NCBI GenBank assembly: GCA_945866135.1
Contig: CAMBGF010000001.1
Coordinates: forward strand, 24,805 to 88,804
From: Bifidobacterium breve
GTDB taxonomy: Bacteria > Actinomycetota > Actinomycetes > S36-B12 > UBA5976
Direction: 5' to 3'
Length of the DNA: 64,000 nt
The position numbers were made by a program, and so were the translations under genes. Every line of letters begins with the position of its first letter. The first letter of the stretch is position 1. Shown here in pieces: positions 30,736 through 39,567 of this stretch. The notes below the pieces were generated by a model. That model was not told where the DNA came from. It saw only the letters and a list, made by a program, of their open reading frames with translations, and ran no database searches.

Positions 30736-31189
30736 TTATTCCGAGGAAAGCATTCTGAATTACTTGGGACCTTACAAAGGCGAGGCGTCAGCGATTTTAC
30801 GTTCTTTGCAGTTGGTGCAAGAACTTTTGGGTTACGTGCCAGATAGCGCCATTGATTTAGTCGCTAAAAATTCCAATGTTTCGCGCGCCGAAGTTTATGG
30901 CGTATTTACCTTCTACAGTGATTTCCGCTCAACACCTCCTGCCCAAGTTGTCGTTAAAGTGTGTGTCGCTGAGGCTTGCCAAGCATCTGGAAATGCCGAA
31001 TTGATTTCACAATTACACGGCCAGGGCTATGACATTCACAGTGGAAAAATTAAAGATGATATTCAAATGGAACAAACTTTCTGCTTAGGAAATTGCGCAC
31101 TTGGCCCAGCTGCCATGGTTAACGGTAAGCCGATTGGACGCGCAACTAGCGCGAGTATTTTGAAGACCGCTGTGGAACTTATTTCGTGA
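30716..31189 (+). CDS. fdsG: NAD-dependent formate dehydrogenase gamma subunit (NuoE-like 2Fe-2S)
   Basis: 157 aa with the NuoE-type Cys pattern (CVAEACQASG ... CLGNCALGPA). The track uses a TTG start, so the exact start is uncertain. Confidence 0.8.
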   Translation: MDQKLSNYSEESILNYLGPYKGEASAILRSLQLVQELLGYVPDSAIDLVAKNSNVSRAEVYGVFTFYSDFRSTPPAQVVVKVCVAEACQASGNAELISQLHGQGYDIHSGKIKDDIQMEQTFCLGNCALGPAAMVNGKPIGRATSASILKTAVELIS

Positions 31190-32733
31190 TTAAAGTATTT
31201 GTTCCTTTGGATTCTGCTGCCTTATCAATGGGCGCAGACGAAGTGGCCATTGCAATTGTGCAAAGCGCCGCAAGCCAAGGCAAAGACATTACTTTGATCC
31301 GCACAGGATCCAGAGGAATGCTTTGGTTGGAACCATTAGTTGAGGTTGAAACTTCAGCTGGCCGCATTGGTTTCGCCAACATAAGCACCGAGGCAGTCCC
31401 TGAGTTAATCAAAAGTGGAGCGCTAGACACTGGATCCCATAAATCAAGTATTGGATTAGTCGAAGAACATGATTTCTTTAAGAATCAAAACCGAGTAACT
31501 TTCGCCCGCGTTGGAGTAATTGATCCACTTTCGATTTCAGATTACGAAAATCATGGCGGTCTTGTAGGACTGCGCAAGGCGCTGGAAATGTCTGCCGCTG
31601 AAGTAGTTTCACAAGTTACTGAATCCGGACTGCGTGGTCGTGGCGGCGCAGGATTCCCAGCTGGCATTAAATGGCAAACGGTACTTAACACGCAGTCAGA
31701 TCAAAAATACATTTGTTGCAATGCCGATGAAGGTGACAGTGGGACATTCGCAGACAGAATGCTGATGGAAGGTGATCCATTTACTCTGATTGAAGGAATG
31801 ATCATCTCTGGAATTGCAGTCGGTGCAACGCAAGGTCTGATTTATGTGCGCTCGGAATATCCTCATGCAATTGACATCTTGAATCGTGCGATTGCGATGG
31901 CAAACGAATATGGCTTACTTGGTTCAAACGTCTTGGGATCGAAATCTGCTTTTGCTCTTGAGGTTAGAGTTGGCGCAGGCAGTTACGTGTGTGGTGAAGA
32001 GACCGCAATGCTGGAAAGTCTGGAAGGCAAACGTGGCATGGTTCGTGCTAAGCCTCCGATCCCAGCGCTGGTTGGATTGTTTGGGAAACCAACAGTAATA
32101 AATAACGTGATGACTTTGTCTGCGGTTCCAATGATTTTGGCGCAAGGTGCTGCTGCGTATCAGGCACTAGGACATGAGCGCTCCCGCGGTACGCAAGTAT
32201 TTCAACTCGCTGGAAACATAAAACGAGGTGGCGTAGTTGAAGTTGCTTTCGGAATCACTCTAGGTGAACTCGTAGATATCTACGGCGGTGGAACTAACAG
32301 TGGTAAGCCTGTTAAGACTGTGCAAATTGGTGGACCACTTGGGGCTTACTTAGGTACTGAATCTTGGGATGTTGCGATGGCTTATGAATCCCTTGCCCAA
32401 GCTGGTGGCATGCTGGGCCACGGCGGCATTGTGGTTTTTGACGATACGGCAAACATGGCAAAGCAAGCAAGGTTTGCTATGGAATTTTGCGCGGAAGAAT
32501 CGTGTGGCAAATGCACTCCTTGTCGTATCGGGTCAACTCGTGGAGTTGAAGTTATTGATCGAATTGTTGCGGGCGAAGATCAAGAAAAAAACCTCGAATT
32601 ACTTGAGGATCTGTGTGAAGTCATGACTGACGGTTCGCTTTGTGCAATGGGTGGACTCACTCCAATGCCAGTTCGCAGTGCACTCAAGTTATTTCCAGCT
32701 GATTTCGGGATCAAGACAGGAGCAAAGTTATGA
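31186..32733 (+). CDS. fdsB: NAD-dependent formate dehydrogenase beta subunit (NuoF-like, FMN/NAD/4Fe-4S)
   Basis: 515 aa with GRGGAGFPAGIKW and CGKCTPCR. GTG start overlapping the fdsG stop. Confidence 0.9.
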   Translation: MIKVFVPLDSAALSMGADEVAIAIVQSAASQGKDITLIRTGSRGMLWLEPLVEVETSAGRIGFANISTEAVPELIKSGALDTGSHKSSIGLVEEHDFFKNQNRVTFARVGVIDPLSISDYENHGGLVGLRKALEMSAAEVVSQVTESGLRGRGGAGFPAGIKWQTVLNTQSDQKYICCNADEGDSGTFADRMLMEGDPFTLIEGMIISGIAVGATQGLIYVRSEYPHAIDILNRAIAMANEYGLLGSNVLGSKSAFALEVRVGAGSYVCGEETAMLESLEGKRGMVRAKPPIPALVGLFGKPTVINNVMTLSAVPMILAQGAAAYQALGHERSRGTQVFQLAGNIKRGGVVEVAFGITLGELVDIYGGGTNSGKPVKTVQIGGPLGAYLGTESWDVAMAYESLAQAGGMLGHGGIVVFDDTANMAKQARFAMEFCAEESCGKCTPCRIGSTRGVEVIDRIVAGEDQEKNLELLEDLCEVMTDGSLCAMGGLTPMPVRSALKLFPADFGIKTGAKL

Positions 32734-35576
32734 CAGTAGTTTCAGATCCACGCGGCACTATGCCAATGCGATCAGGAATTGGTGAAGCTGATTATGGAAC
32801 ACCCAAATCGGATTCAGATGTTCTGGTAAACGTCACTATTGATGGCCAGTCCCATTTAGTTCCGCTTGGAACGTCAATCATGCGAGCAGCCGGGGAAGCT
32901 GGTTGTGACATTCCAAAGCTTTGCGCCACTGATTCATTGCAACCATTTGGATCCTGCCGAATGTGCCTTGTCGAAATTGATGGTCGAAAAGGAACTCCAG
33001 CTTCCTGCACCACACCTGTCGAAGAAGGAATGGTAGTTCGCACTCAGACTGCAAAAGTTGCAAAACTTCGTAAAGGCATGATGGAGCTTTACATTTCAGA
33101 TCACCCGCTCGATTGCCTCACTTGCTCAGCAAATGGCGATTGCGAACTCCAGGATATGGCTGGGGTATCAGGACTTCGCGAAGTTCGTTACGGCATAGGC
33201 AAAAATCATCTTGATGCACCAACGGATTCCTCGAATCCTTATTTCTCATTTGATGAGAGTAAATGCATTGTCTGTAATCGCTGCGTTCGCGCGTGCGACG
33301 AAGTACAAGGCACTCTTGCCCTAACTATTGAAGGACGTGGCTTTAATTCAAAGGTAAGTCCAGGTGGCTTGAACTTTTTATCTAGTGAATGTGTATCTTG
33401 TGGAGCTTGTGTGCAAGCTTGTCCGACTGCAACATTGCAAGAAAAATCTGTAATTGATTTAGGTATGCCAACTAGGACTGTTGAAACTACTTGTGCCTAC
33501 TGTGGCGTCGGTTGCTCATTCAATGCTGAGCTACGCGGTGATGAATTGATTCGAATGGTTCCAACAAAAACCGGTGGAGCTAATGAAGGTCACAGTTGCG
33601 TAAAAGGTCGATTTGCTTGGGGATACGCCTCACACAGTGACCGCGTAACCACACCAATGATGCGCGAGAAAATTACCGATGAATGGCGCGTAGTTTCTTG
33701 GGATGAAGCGATCCAATTCACAGCCACAAAGTTCAAGGCAATTCAAGAAAAATATGGTGACAATAGCATCGGCGGTATTTCGTCATCACGTTGTACTAAT
33801 GAGGAAATTTTCGTTGTCCAGAAAATGGTTCGTGCTGCTTTTGGCAATAACAACATTGATACTTGTGCGCGCGTGTGCCACTCACCAACGGGCTATGGCT
33901 TAAGTACCACGTTTGGCACCTCAGCTGGCACTCAAGACTTTAAATCAGTTGCTCACTCAGATGTGATCGTTGTGATTGGAGCAAATCCAACTGATGCGCA
34001 TCCAGTATTTGCTTCGCGCATGAAGCGACGAATTCGGGCTGGGGCGAAGTTAATTGTGATTGATCCGCGCAAGATTGATCTCGTGGAATCTGCTCACATC
34101 AAAGCTGATTTCCACTTACCACTACAGCCCGGAACTAATGTGGCAGTAATCAACGCAATTGCACATGTAATTGCAACTGAAGGTTTAATTGATGAAGAAT
34201 TCGTAGCGCAGCGCTGCGATCCAGGTCAGTTCAAGCGCTGGCGCGCATTTATTGAACTTCCCGAAAACAGCCCAGAAGTAGTTTCCGCGCAATCTGGAGT
34301 TCCGGCGCAATTGATTCGCGAAGCTGCTCGGATGTATGCCGCTGGTAATAACGCAGCAATTTATTACGGTCTGGGCGTCACTGAGCATTCCCAGGGTTCA
34401 ACCATGGTTATGGGTATGGCCAACTTAGCCATGGCAACTGGAAACATTGGGCGCGAAGGAGTTGGCATCATTCCATTGCGCGGCCAAAACAATGTGCAAG
34501 GCGCTTGCGATATGGGTTCTTTCCCGCACGAACTTTCGGGTTATCGACATGTTTCTGACAATGCAGTCCGTGAACAATTCGAAATGTTGTGGGACGTAAA
34601 GCTGTTACCAGATCCTGGAATGCGCATCCCAAATATGTTTGACAACGCTATTTCCGGAGAATTCCGCGGCGTATTTGTGCATGGCGAAGATATTGCGCAA
34701 TCGGATCCAAACGTTAAACATGTTCACCGGGCTCTTGAATCGATGGATCTTGTCGTCGTGCAAGATTTATTCCTGAACGAAACCTCAAAGTTTGCGCATG
34801 TTTTCTTGCCAGGAACTTCCTTCTTAGAAAAAGATGGCACCTTTACTAACGCTGAGCGTCGTATTAATCGAGTCCGTCCAGTTATGGCGGCTCGCAACGG
34901 TAAGCAAGAGTGGCAGATTGTTTGTGAAATCGCGCAAGCCATGGGTTATGACATGCACTACGACAATGCTGCACAGATTATGGATGAGATTGCGCAAATC
35001 ACTCCAACTTTTAAGGGCGTGAGTTTTGCCATGCTTGACCAGGTTGGTAGCGTGCAATGGCCATGCAATGACGCCGCTCCAACTGGCACACCAATTATGC
35101 ACATTGATAATTTCGTTCGTGGCCAAGGTCAGTTCATGGAAACGCCTTTTGTTCCTACCGAAGAACGTTCAAATCGTAAGTTCCCACTTTTACTTACTAC
35201 TGGTCGAATCTTGAGCCAGTACAACGTAGGCGCGCAAACTCGTCGTACTAAGAACACCACATGGCACACGCAAGATTTACTCGAGATTCATGAGGCGGAC
35301 GCAGCTATGCGAGGGATCGTGGATGGGCAGAAAATCGCAATCACAAGTCGCATTGGCGAAACGATTTTGACTGCTCATGTTACCCAGCGAGTCCCAGCAG
35401 GTGTGGTTCACACAACTTTTCACCACCCGCAAAGTGGTGCAAATGTTATTACGACAGAATTCTCGGATTGGGCAACCAATTGTCCTGAGTATAAAGTGAC
35501 GGCTGTTGAAATTCGTCCCGCAGAATCTAGTGCGCCTGCAACCAATACCCTCGATGAAGTGCTGACAAAGGTCTAG
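32730..35576 (+). CDS. fdsA: NAD-dependent formate dehydrogenase alpha subunit (bis-MGD, Cys-type)
   Basis: 948 aa with an N-terminal NuoG-like 2Fe-2S and 4Fe-4S Cys clusters, then a molybdopterin domain whose active site reads ARVCHSPTGYG. The residue is Cys and there is no in-frame TGA. Confidence 0.92.
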   Translation: MTVVSDPRGTMPMRSGIGEADYGTPKSDSDVLVNVTIDGQSHLVPLGTSIMRAAGEAGCDIPKLCATDSLQPFGSCRMCLVEIDGRKGTPASCTTPVEEGMVVRTQTAKVAKLRKGMMELYISDHPLDCLTCSANGDCELQDMAGVSGLREVRYGIGKNHLDAPTDSSNPYFSFDESKCIVCNRCVRACDEVQGTLALTIEGRGFNSKVSPGGLNFLSSECVSCGACVQACPTATLQEKSVIDLGMPTRTVETTCAYCGVGCSFNAELRGDELIRMVPTKTGGANEGHSCVKGRFAWGYASHSDRVTTPMMREKITDEWRVVSWDEAIQFTATKFKAIQEKYGDNSIGGISSSRCTNEEIFVVQKMVRAAFGNNNIDTCARVCHSPTGYGLSTTFGTSAGTQDFKSVAHSDVIVVIGANPTDAHPVFASRMKRRIRAGAKLIVIDPRKIDLVESAHIKADFHLPLQPGTNVAVINAIAHVIATEGLIDEEFVAQRCDPGQFKRWRAFIELPENSPEVVSAQSGVPAQLIREAARMYAAGNNAAIYYGLGVTEHSQGSTMVMGMANLAMATGNIGREGVGIIPLRGQNNVQGACDMGSFPHELSGYRHVSDNAVREQFEMLWDVKLLPDPGMRIPNMFDNAISGEFRGVFVHGEDIAQSDPNVKHVHRALESMDLVVVQDLFLNETSKFAHVFLPGTSFLEKDGTFTNAERRINRVRPVMAARNGKQEWQIVCEIAQAMGYDMHYDNAAQIMDEIAQITPTFKGVSFAMLDQVGSVQWPCNDAAPTGTPIMHIDNFVRGQGQFMETPFVPTEERSNRKFPLLLTTGRILSQYNVGAQTRRTKNTTWHTQDLLEIHEADAAMRGIVDGQKIAITSRIGETILTAHVTQRVPAGVVHTTFHHPQSGANVITTEFSDWATNCPEYKVTAVEIRPAESSAPATNTLDEVLTKV

Positions 35577-35578
35577 TA

Positions 35579-35794
35579 ATGGATGTCACAATACTAACTC
35601 GAATGGCCGAGCAAATTGAACTTAATATTCCTGTCCATGAAGACACTTACCTAAGAATTTCAGAGCACTTAGTGAAATTCTGGACACCACAAATGCGCAC
35701 AGATTTTTATCAGCAAGTAACGAAAAACCGAAAAGATTTCAGCGCAACATTAAATAAAGTTGTTGATGAACTTCGAGCGAAAGCTAATGCTTAA
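35579..35794 (+). CDS. fdsD: formate dehydrogenase delta subunit
   Basis: 71 aa with HLVKFWTPQMR, matching the FdsD-family FW-P-M-R motif. It lies immediately after fdsA. Confidence 0.75.
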   Translation: MDVTILTRMAEQIELNIPVHEDTYLRISEHLVKFWTPQMRTDFYQQVTKNRKDFSATLNKVVDELRAKANA

Positions 35795-36969
35795 TTAATT
35801 CGCCAAGGCAATGGCAAGATTCGAATTAAAGTTCCAGCAGGATTTTCGCCAGGAGAAATTACCGCTAAACCCTCCGCATGAGAGAGTCCACGTAACATAG
35901 CGGAACCTCGGAATTCGGTAAGTTGCGCTTTGCCGGAACTAAGCACTATCGGCACCACGCGCGTTCTTTCACATGGATAATCCAGTTCAAGTTGCGTTTT
36001 TGTCATGCGGTAATTTTCTTGCCCGGTAAGCCCGCGAAGTGCTGGGGCAACAATCGTTAAAAAACTAACCAGGGCAGCAAGTGGATTACCGGGAAGGCCA
36101 GCAACTAACTGGCCGCTGGGTAATCTTGCGAGCAGGCTGGGATGTCCAGGTCGCATGAAAATTTCATCGATGATGTTAGTGGCTTTTAATTCCATAAGCG
36201 CCGTTCGCAAATAGTCGCGCTCACCATGAGCGCTGCCGCCAGTTACCACAATAATTTCGCCTGTACTTTCAGAAATTAAATTCTTAAGCTGAGCCAGATC
36301 ATCAGGACAGTTAATGCTAGAACTCACATTTGCACCAAGATATTCAACCCAGGAAGAAACTTGGATAGTAAGCGAATCGCGAATCTGACCAAGTTCAGGC
36401 GTGCCACTTGAGACAAGTTCACTTCCAGTCACGATTATCGCTACCGCTGGCTTTTCATAGACTAAAACCTCATCGATTTGAGAACTAGTGGCCAGACCCA
36501 TTACGGCAGGAGTTAGGAGCGTTCCTGCGGCAGCAATAATTTCGCCGGCTTCAGCTTCGTCGCCAGGTGTGCGAATGTGCTGGCCGAGTGTGAATGAATT
36601 TTTACTAGCTACTGATCCATCGAACAGACTTGCTAATTCGCTAGGAATCACAAACGAACAGTGCGGCGGTAAATGTGCACCTGTACTTACTTTCAGTGCG
36701 CACCCAGAATCCAAGTAGGGCAAATAGCTCCCAGCATGTAGTTCTCCGACGATGTTCCATGGCCCAGGTCCAAATACTGCGTAGCCATCCATCATCGAAG
36801 TGTGAGCCGGTGGCAATGAGATTTGGGAAACTAGAGATTCAGCTAAAACTTGATTTAGTGCCTGTGCCAAGGGAATCGAGATTGCAGACTTAGTAACCAC
36901 AGATTGGCTGCTTAGGGCAACCGCTGAATCCCAATCCACATTGTGATTATTGTCCCCAGTCATAGACAT
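35791..36969 (-). CDS. moeA: molybdopterin molybdenumtransferase
   Basis: 392-aa MoeA-like sequence (SMMDGYAV, VTGGSAHGERDY). It is convergent with fdsD and the 3' ends overlap by 4 nt. Confidence 0.85.
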   Translation of the reverse strand: MSMTGDNNHNVDWDSAVALSSQSVVTKSAISIPLAQALNQVLAESLVSQISLPPAHTSMMDGYAVFGPGPWNIVGELHAGSYLPYLDSGCALKVSTGAHLPPHCSFVIPSELASLFDGSVASKNSFTLGQHIRTPGDEAEAGEIIAAAGTLLTPAVMGLATSSQIDEVLVYEKPAVAIIVTGSELVSSGTPELGQIRDSLTIQVSSWVEYLGANVSSSINCPDDLAQLKNLISESTGEIIVVTGGSAHGERDYLRTALMELKATNIIDEIFMRPGHPSLLARLPSGQLVAGLPGNPLAALVSFLTIVAPALRGLTGQENYRMTKTQLELDYPCERTRVVPIVLSSGKAQLTEFRGSAMLRGLSHAEGLAVISPGENPAGTLIRILPLPWRIN

Positions 36970-37002
36970 AATCTACCGAACCCATGCCATGCTTTAGACC
37001 TG

Positions 37003-37824
37003 ATGAACAACGTTGACTCAATAATTGTTGCTGGTGGTAGCGCCTCGCGACTGAGCGGAATCGATAAGGCGTTGTTGCCATTTGGGTCAGCCGGCAACAC
37101 ATTGCTAGTTGATGCAGTAGCCGCTTGTCCAGGCCGAGTTCTCGTTGTGGGTTTACCTCGCGACATTGCCGTGGCAGTAATCGCGCGCGTGACATGGGTT
37201 TCTGATTTAAATCCAGGCGGTGGTCCAGCTGCGGGAATCTGGTCAGGCCTAGAACACGTGAACACAGAATATGTTTTTATTTCAGCTGGTGATCAAACTC
37301 TGGACTCAGAAACAGTGACGGCAATTATCGAAGCAGCCGCAGGAAATGACGGCGCTTGGGCTATTCGCGAAGATGGCCTAGGGCAACCACTTTGTGCCTG
37401 TGTCAGAACGCAATCACTTAGGGAAATGCTTGCACCCACGCAAGGGATAAACCTTTCACCACTTCGGTTACTTTCGACTTTGAATATGGTCGGCGTTAGT
37501 GTGAAGCCAGGACAGGTTACAGATTTTGATACTTGGGCAGATGTAACTAGAGCGGTTAAGCGGAGTGAAGCAATGGATCAGATTACGCAAATGTGGTTAG
37601 CTCGGGTTGCTGCGATATTAGAAGTGGATCAACATGGACTCCCAGTTGCGCAACTTCTTGACTTAACCCGCGAAGTTGCCCACGGCGTCGAACGTAAGTC
37701 CGCCCCGCTAACTACTTATCTTCTCGGTTACGCCGCAGGGAAAAAGTCTTTAACATCAGCCGAAGTTACCGATCTACTTAGCCACGTTTCCAAAGCAGTG
37801 CAGGAATGGGAAAGCGTTGAATAG
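37003..37824 (+). CDS. mobA: molybdenum cofactor guanylyltransferase with an extra ~80-aa C-terminal domain
   Basis: I chose the start at 37003 (MNNVDSIIVAGGSASRLSGIDKALLPF) because the track start 36943 would overlap moeA. The NTP-transferase fold is followed by an additional helical C-terminal region. Confidence 0.75.
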   Translation: MNNVDSIIVAGGSASRLSGIDKALLPFGSAGNTLLVDAVAACPGRVLVVGLPRDIAVAVIARVTWVSDLNPGGGPAAGIWSGLEHVNTEYVFISAGDQTLDSETVTAIIEAAAGNDGAWAIREDGLGQPLCACVRTQSLREMLAPTQGINLSPLRLLSTLNMVGVSVKPGQVTDFDTWADVTRAVKRSEAMDQITQMWLARVAAILEVDQHGLPVAQLLDLTREVAHGVERKSAPLTTYLLGYAAGKKSLTSAEVTDLLSHVSKAVQEWESVE

Positions 37825-38647
37825 CGACGAACCAATTTCAGCAACGCAACGTATTCAGGTTTCTAAAACTGACAGCGATGCGAGCGTAAGCGATCATGTC
37901 GTTGGGGAAGAGCCGCTTGAAATTCGGATTGACGGCGGGGCAGGGTTACAACAACTTGCAATCACAATGCGAACACCAGGTGCGGACATCGAATTAGGTG
38001 CAGGTTTTTTGTGGTCTGAAGGTTTACTAAGAAACCGAGAAGATTTAATTGGAATCACAACGTGTAAAGACAAAGAACTATCGCCACGAGAACAAGAAAA
38101 TGTAATTGTCGCAAGAGTTGTGGCCGATGCGCCCGCAGTCACGCGAACAATGGAGCGAAGATTCACCATTTCAAGTGCTTGTGGTGTTTGTGGTTCAACA
38201 CATATTCATGATCTGCGTGAGCGTGGATGTAAAAATGTGTCTGCACCTGGATTAAGTGACGATGAACTAGCAAAGCTTCCCGAGCTAATGCGTCCTAAGC
38301 AAAAAATATTTGATAAAACCGGTGGCCTCCATGCTGCTGGATTATTTGATCCGTCCGGAAGTTTAATTGTTGTTCGTGAAGATGTTGGTCGCCATAATGC
38401 AGTGGACAAAGTTATTGGTTACGCCTTAATGCATGACATGTTGCCGCTAGCTGGGCATTCATTGGCAATTTCTGGCCGTGGTGGTTTTGAAATAATTCAA
38501 AAAGCAATCGCAGCTCAAATCTCAGCAGTGGTGGCAGTGTCGGCGCCTACTTCATTAGCTGTTGAAACCGCGCGCGAATTTGGTTTGACCCTACTTGGCT
38601 TTACTCGAAATGGGTCAGCGACAAAATATTCTCCTTATTCGCAATAA
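37817..38647 (+). CDS. fdhD: formate dehydrogenase accessory sulfurtransferase
   Basis: 276 aa with SSACGVCG and VGRHNAVDK motifs. Confidence 0.9.
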   Translation: MNSDEPISATQRIQVSKTDSDASVSDHVVGEEPLEIRIDGGAGLQQLAITMRTPGADIELGAGFLWSEGLLRNREDLIGITTCKDKELSPREQENVIVARVVADAPAVTRTMERRFTISSACGVCGSTHIHDLRERGCKNVSAPGLSDDELAKLPELMRPKQKIFDKTGGLHAAGLFDPSGSLIVVREDVGRHNAVDKVIGYALMHDMLPLAGHSLAISGRGGFEIIQKAIAAQISAVVAVSAPTSLAVETAREFGLTLLGFTRNGSATKYSPYSQ

Positions 38648-38655
38648 AGGATCCC

Positions 38656-39309
38656 TCAGCAGGTGCATTTTCCAATGCACTCACAATCATCACAAACTAA
38701 CTCGCCAGACCAGGCCTCTCGGCCTTCCATGATGGCAAAACCGGCAATAACTAAACTGGCAACACTGTCTAGCCACGCCCATCCAAATAAATAAAACGAA
38801 ACCAAGCCAGCCAAGGTTGAAACAGATAGCCAGGCGCATAGTCGTGTCTCTTTCGCATCTGCGATTAGGAGTATAGATCCGATCTGCTTTCCGGTTTTCA
38901 ATTTTAGATTTGCTAAAAATGGCATTATCAGTACCGAAAGCAAGGTGAGCGCAATTCCTACTTCACTGACTTCGGGTGTACTGCCATAAACGAGATTTCT
39001 AACACTTGAAACGCTGACATAAATAGCCAATACGAAAAAAGTAACGCCAATTAATTTAAGCGCCCTGCGCTCTTTTGTCTCATCAAATTCACCTCCATAA
39101 AATTGAGCTCGAAGTCGTGTTAATACAAGTGCAGCAGCGAAAACTTCGATTCCAGAGTCGACGCCAAATCCAATGAGTGAGACGTAACTTGCAATTAATC
39201 CAGCAGTAATTGCTATTACGCCTTCAAAGACGTTGTAAAAAATTGTGAATTGCTCTAAGCGAATGCCGCGGACTTGAAGTCTGGCGTCACTTTTTGCAAT
39301 TGTGGCCAT
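38656..39309 (-). CDS. cation-efflux-like membrane protein with a Cys-rich C-terminal tail
   Basis: 217 aa with about 6 hydrophobic helices resembling a CDF transmembrane domain. It ends in ...LVCDDCECIGKCTC. Confidence 0.55.
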   Translation of the reverse strand: MATIAKSDARLQVRGIRLEQFTIFYNVFEGVIAITAGLIASYVSLIGFGVDSGIEVFAAALVLTRLRAQFYGGEFDETKERRALKLIGVTFFVLAIYVSVSSVRNLVYGSTPEVSEVGIALTLLSVLIMPFLANLKLKTGKQIGSILLIADAKETRLCAWLSVSTLAGLVSFYLFGWAWLDSVASLVIAGFAIMEGREAWSGELVCDDCECIGKCTC

Positions 39310-39357
39310 GTCACAAAATCTAGCAGTGCAGGGGCGCTGAAGTGATCAGCTATCCCA

Positions 39358-39394
39358 TGGGGTGAGTGACGGGACTTAAACCCGCGGCGTCCTG
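39358..39394 (-). repeat. partial duplicate of the 3' 37 nt of tRNA-His (36/37 identical)
   Basis: CAGGACGCCGCGGGTTtAAGTCCCGTCACTCACCCCA compared with the tRNA 3' end at 39429-39465. The two copies are a direct repeat offset by 71 nt. Confidence 0.8.
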
Positions 39395-39428
39395 CCGCGT
39401 TCGCTCGCAGAACGCGCGGGTTTTTACT

Positions 39429-39505
39429 TGGGGTGAGTGACGGGACTTGAACCCGCGGCGTCCTGGACCACAACCAGGTGCTCTACCAGCTGAGCTACAC
39501 CCACC
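39429..39505 (-). tRNA. tRNA-His (GTG)
   Basis: Minus strand reads GGTGGGTGTAGCTCAGCTGGTAGAGCACCTGGTTGTGGTCCAGGACGCCGCGGGTTCAAGTCCCGTCACTCACCCCA. It folds as a cloverleaf with G-1, anticodon loop TTGTGGT, and an encoded CCA. Confidence 0.95.
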
Positions 39506-39567
39506 ATGTTGCTTCAGATTTCTCTGTCGACAACAAATCCCATTCTATTCAGGGAAGTTGCATGGGG

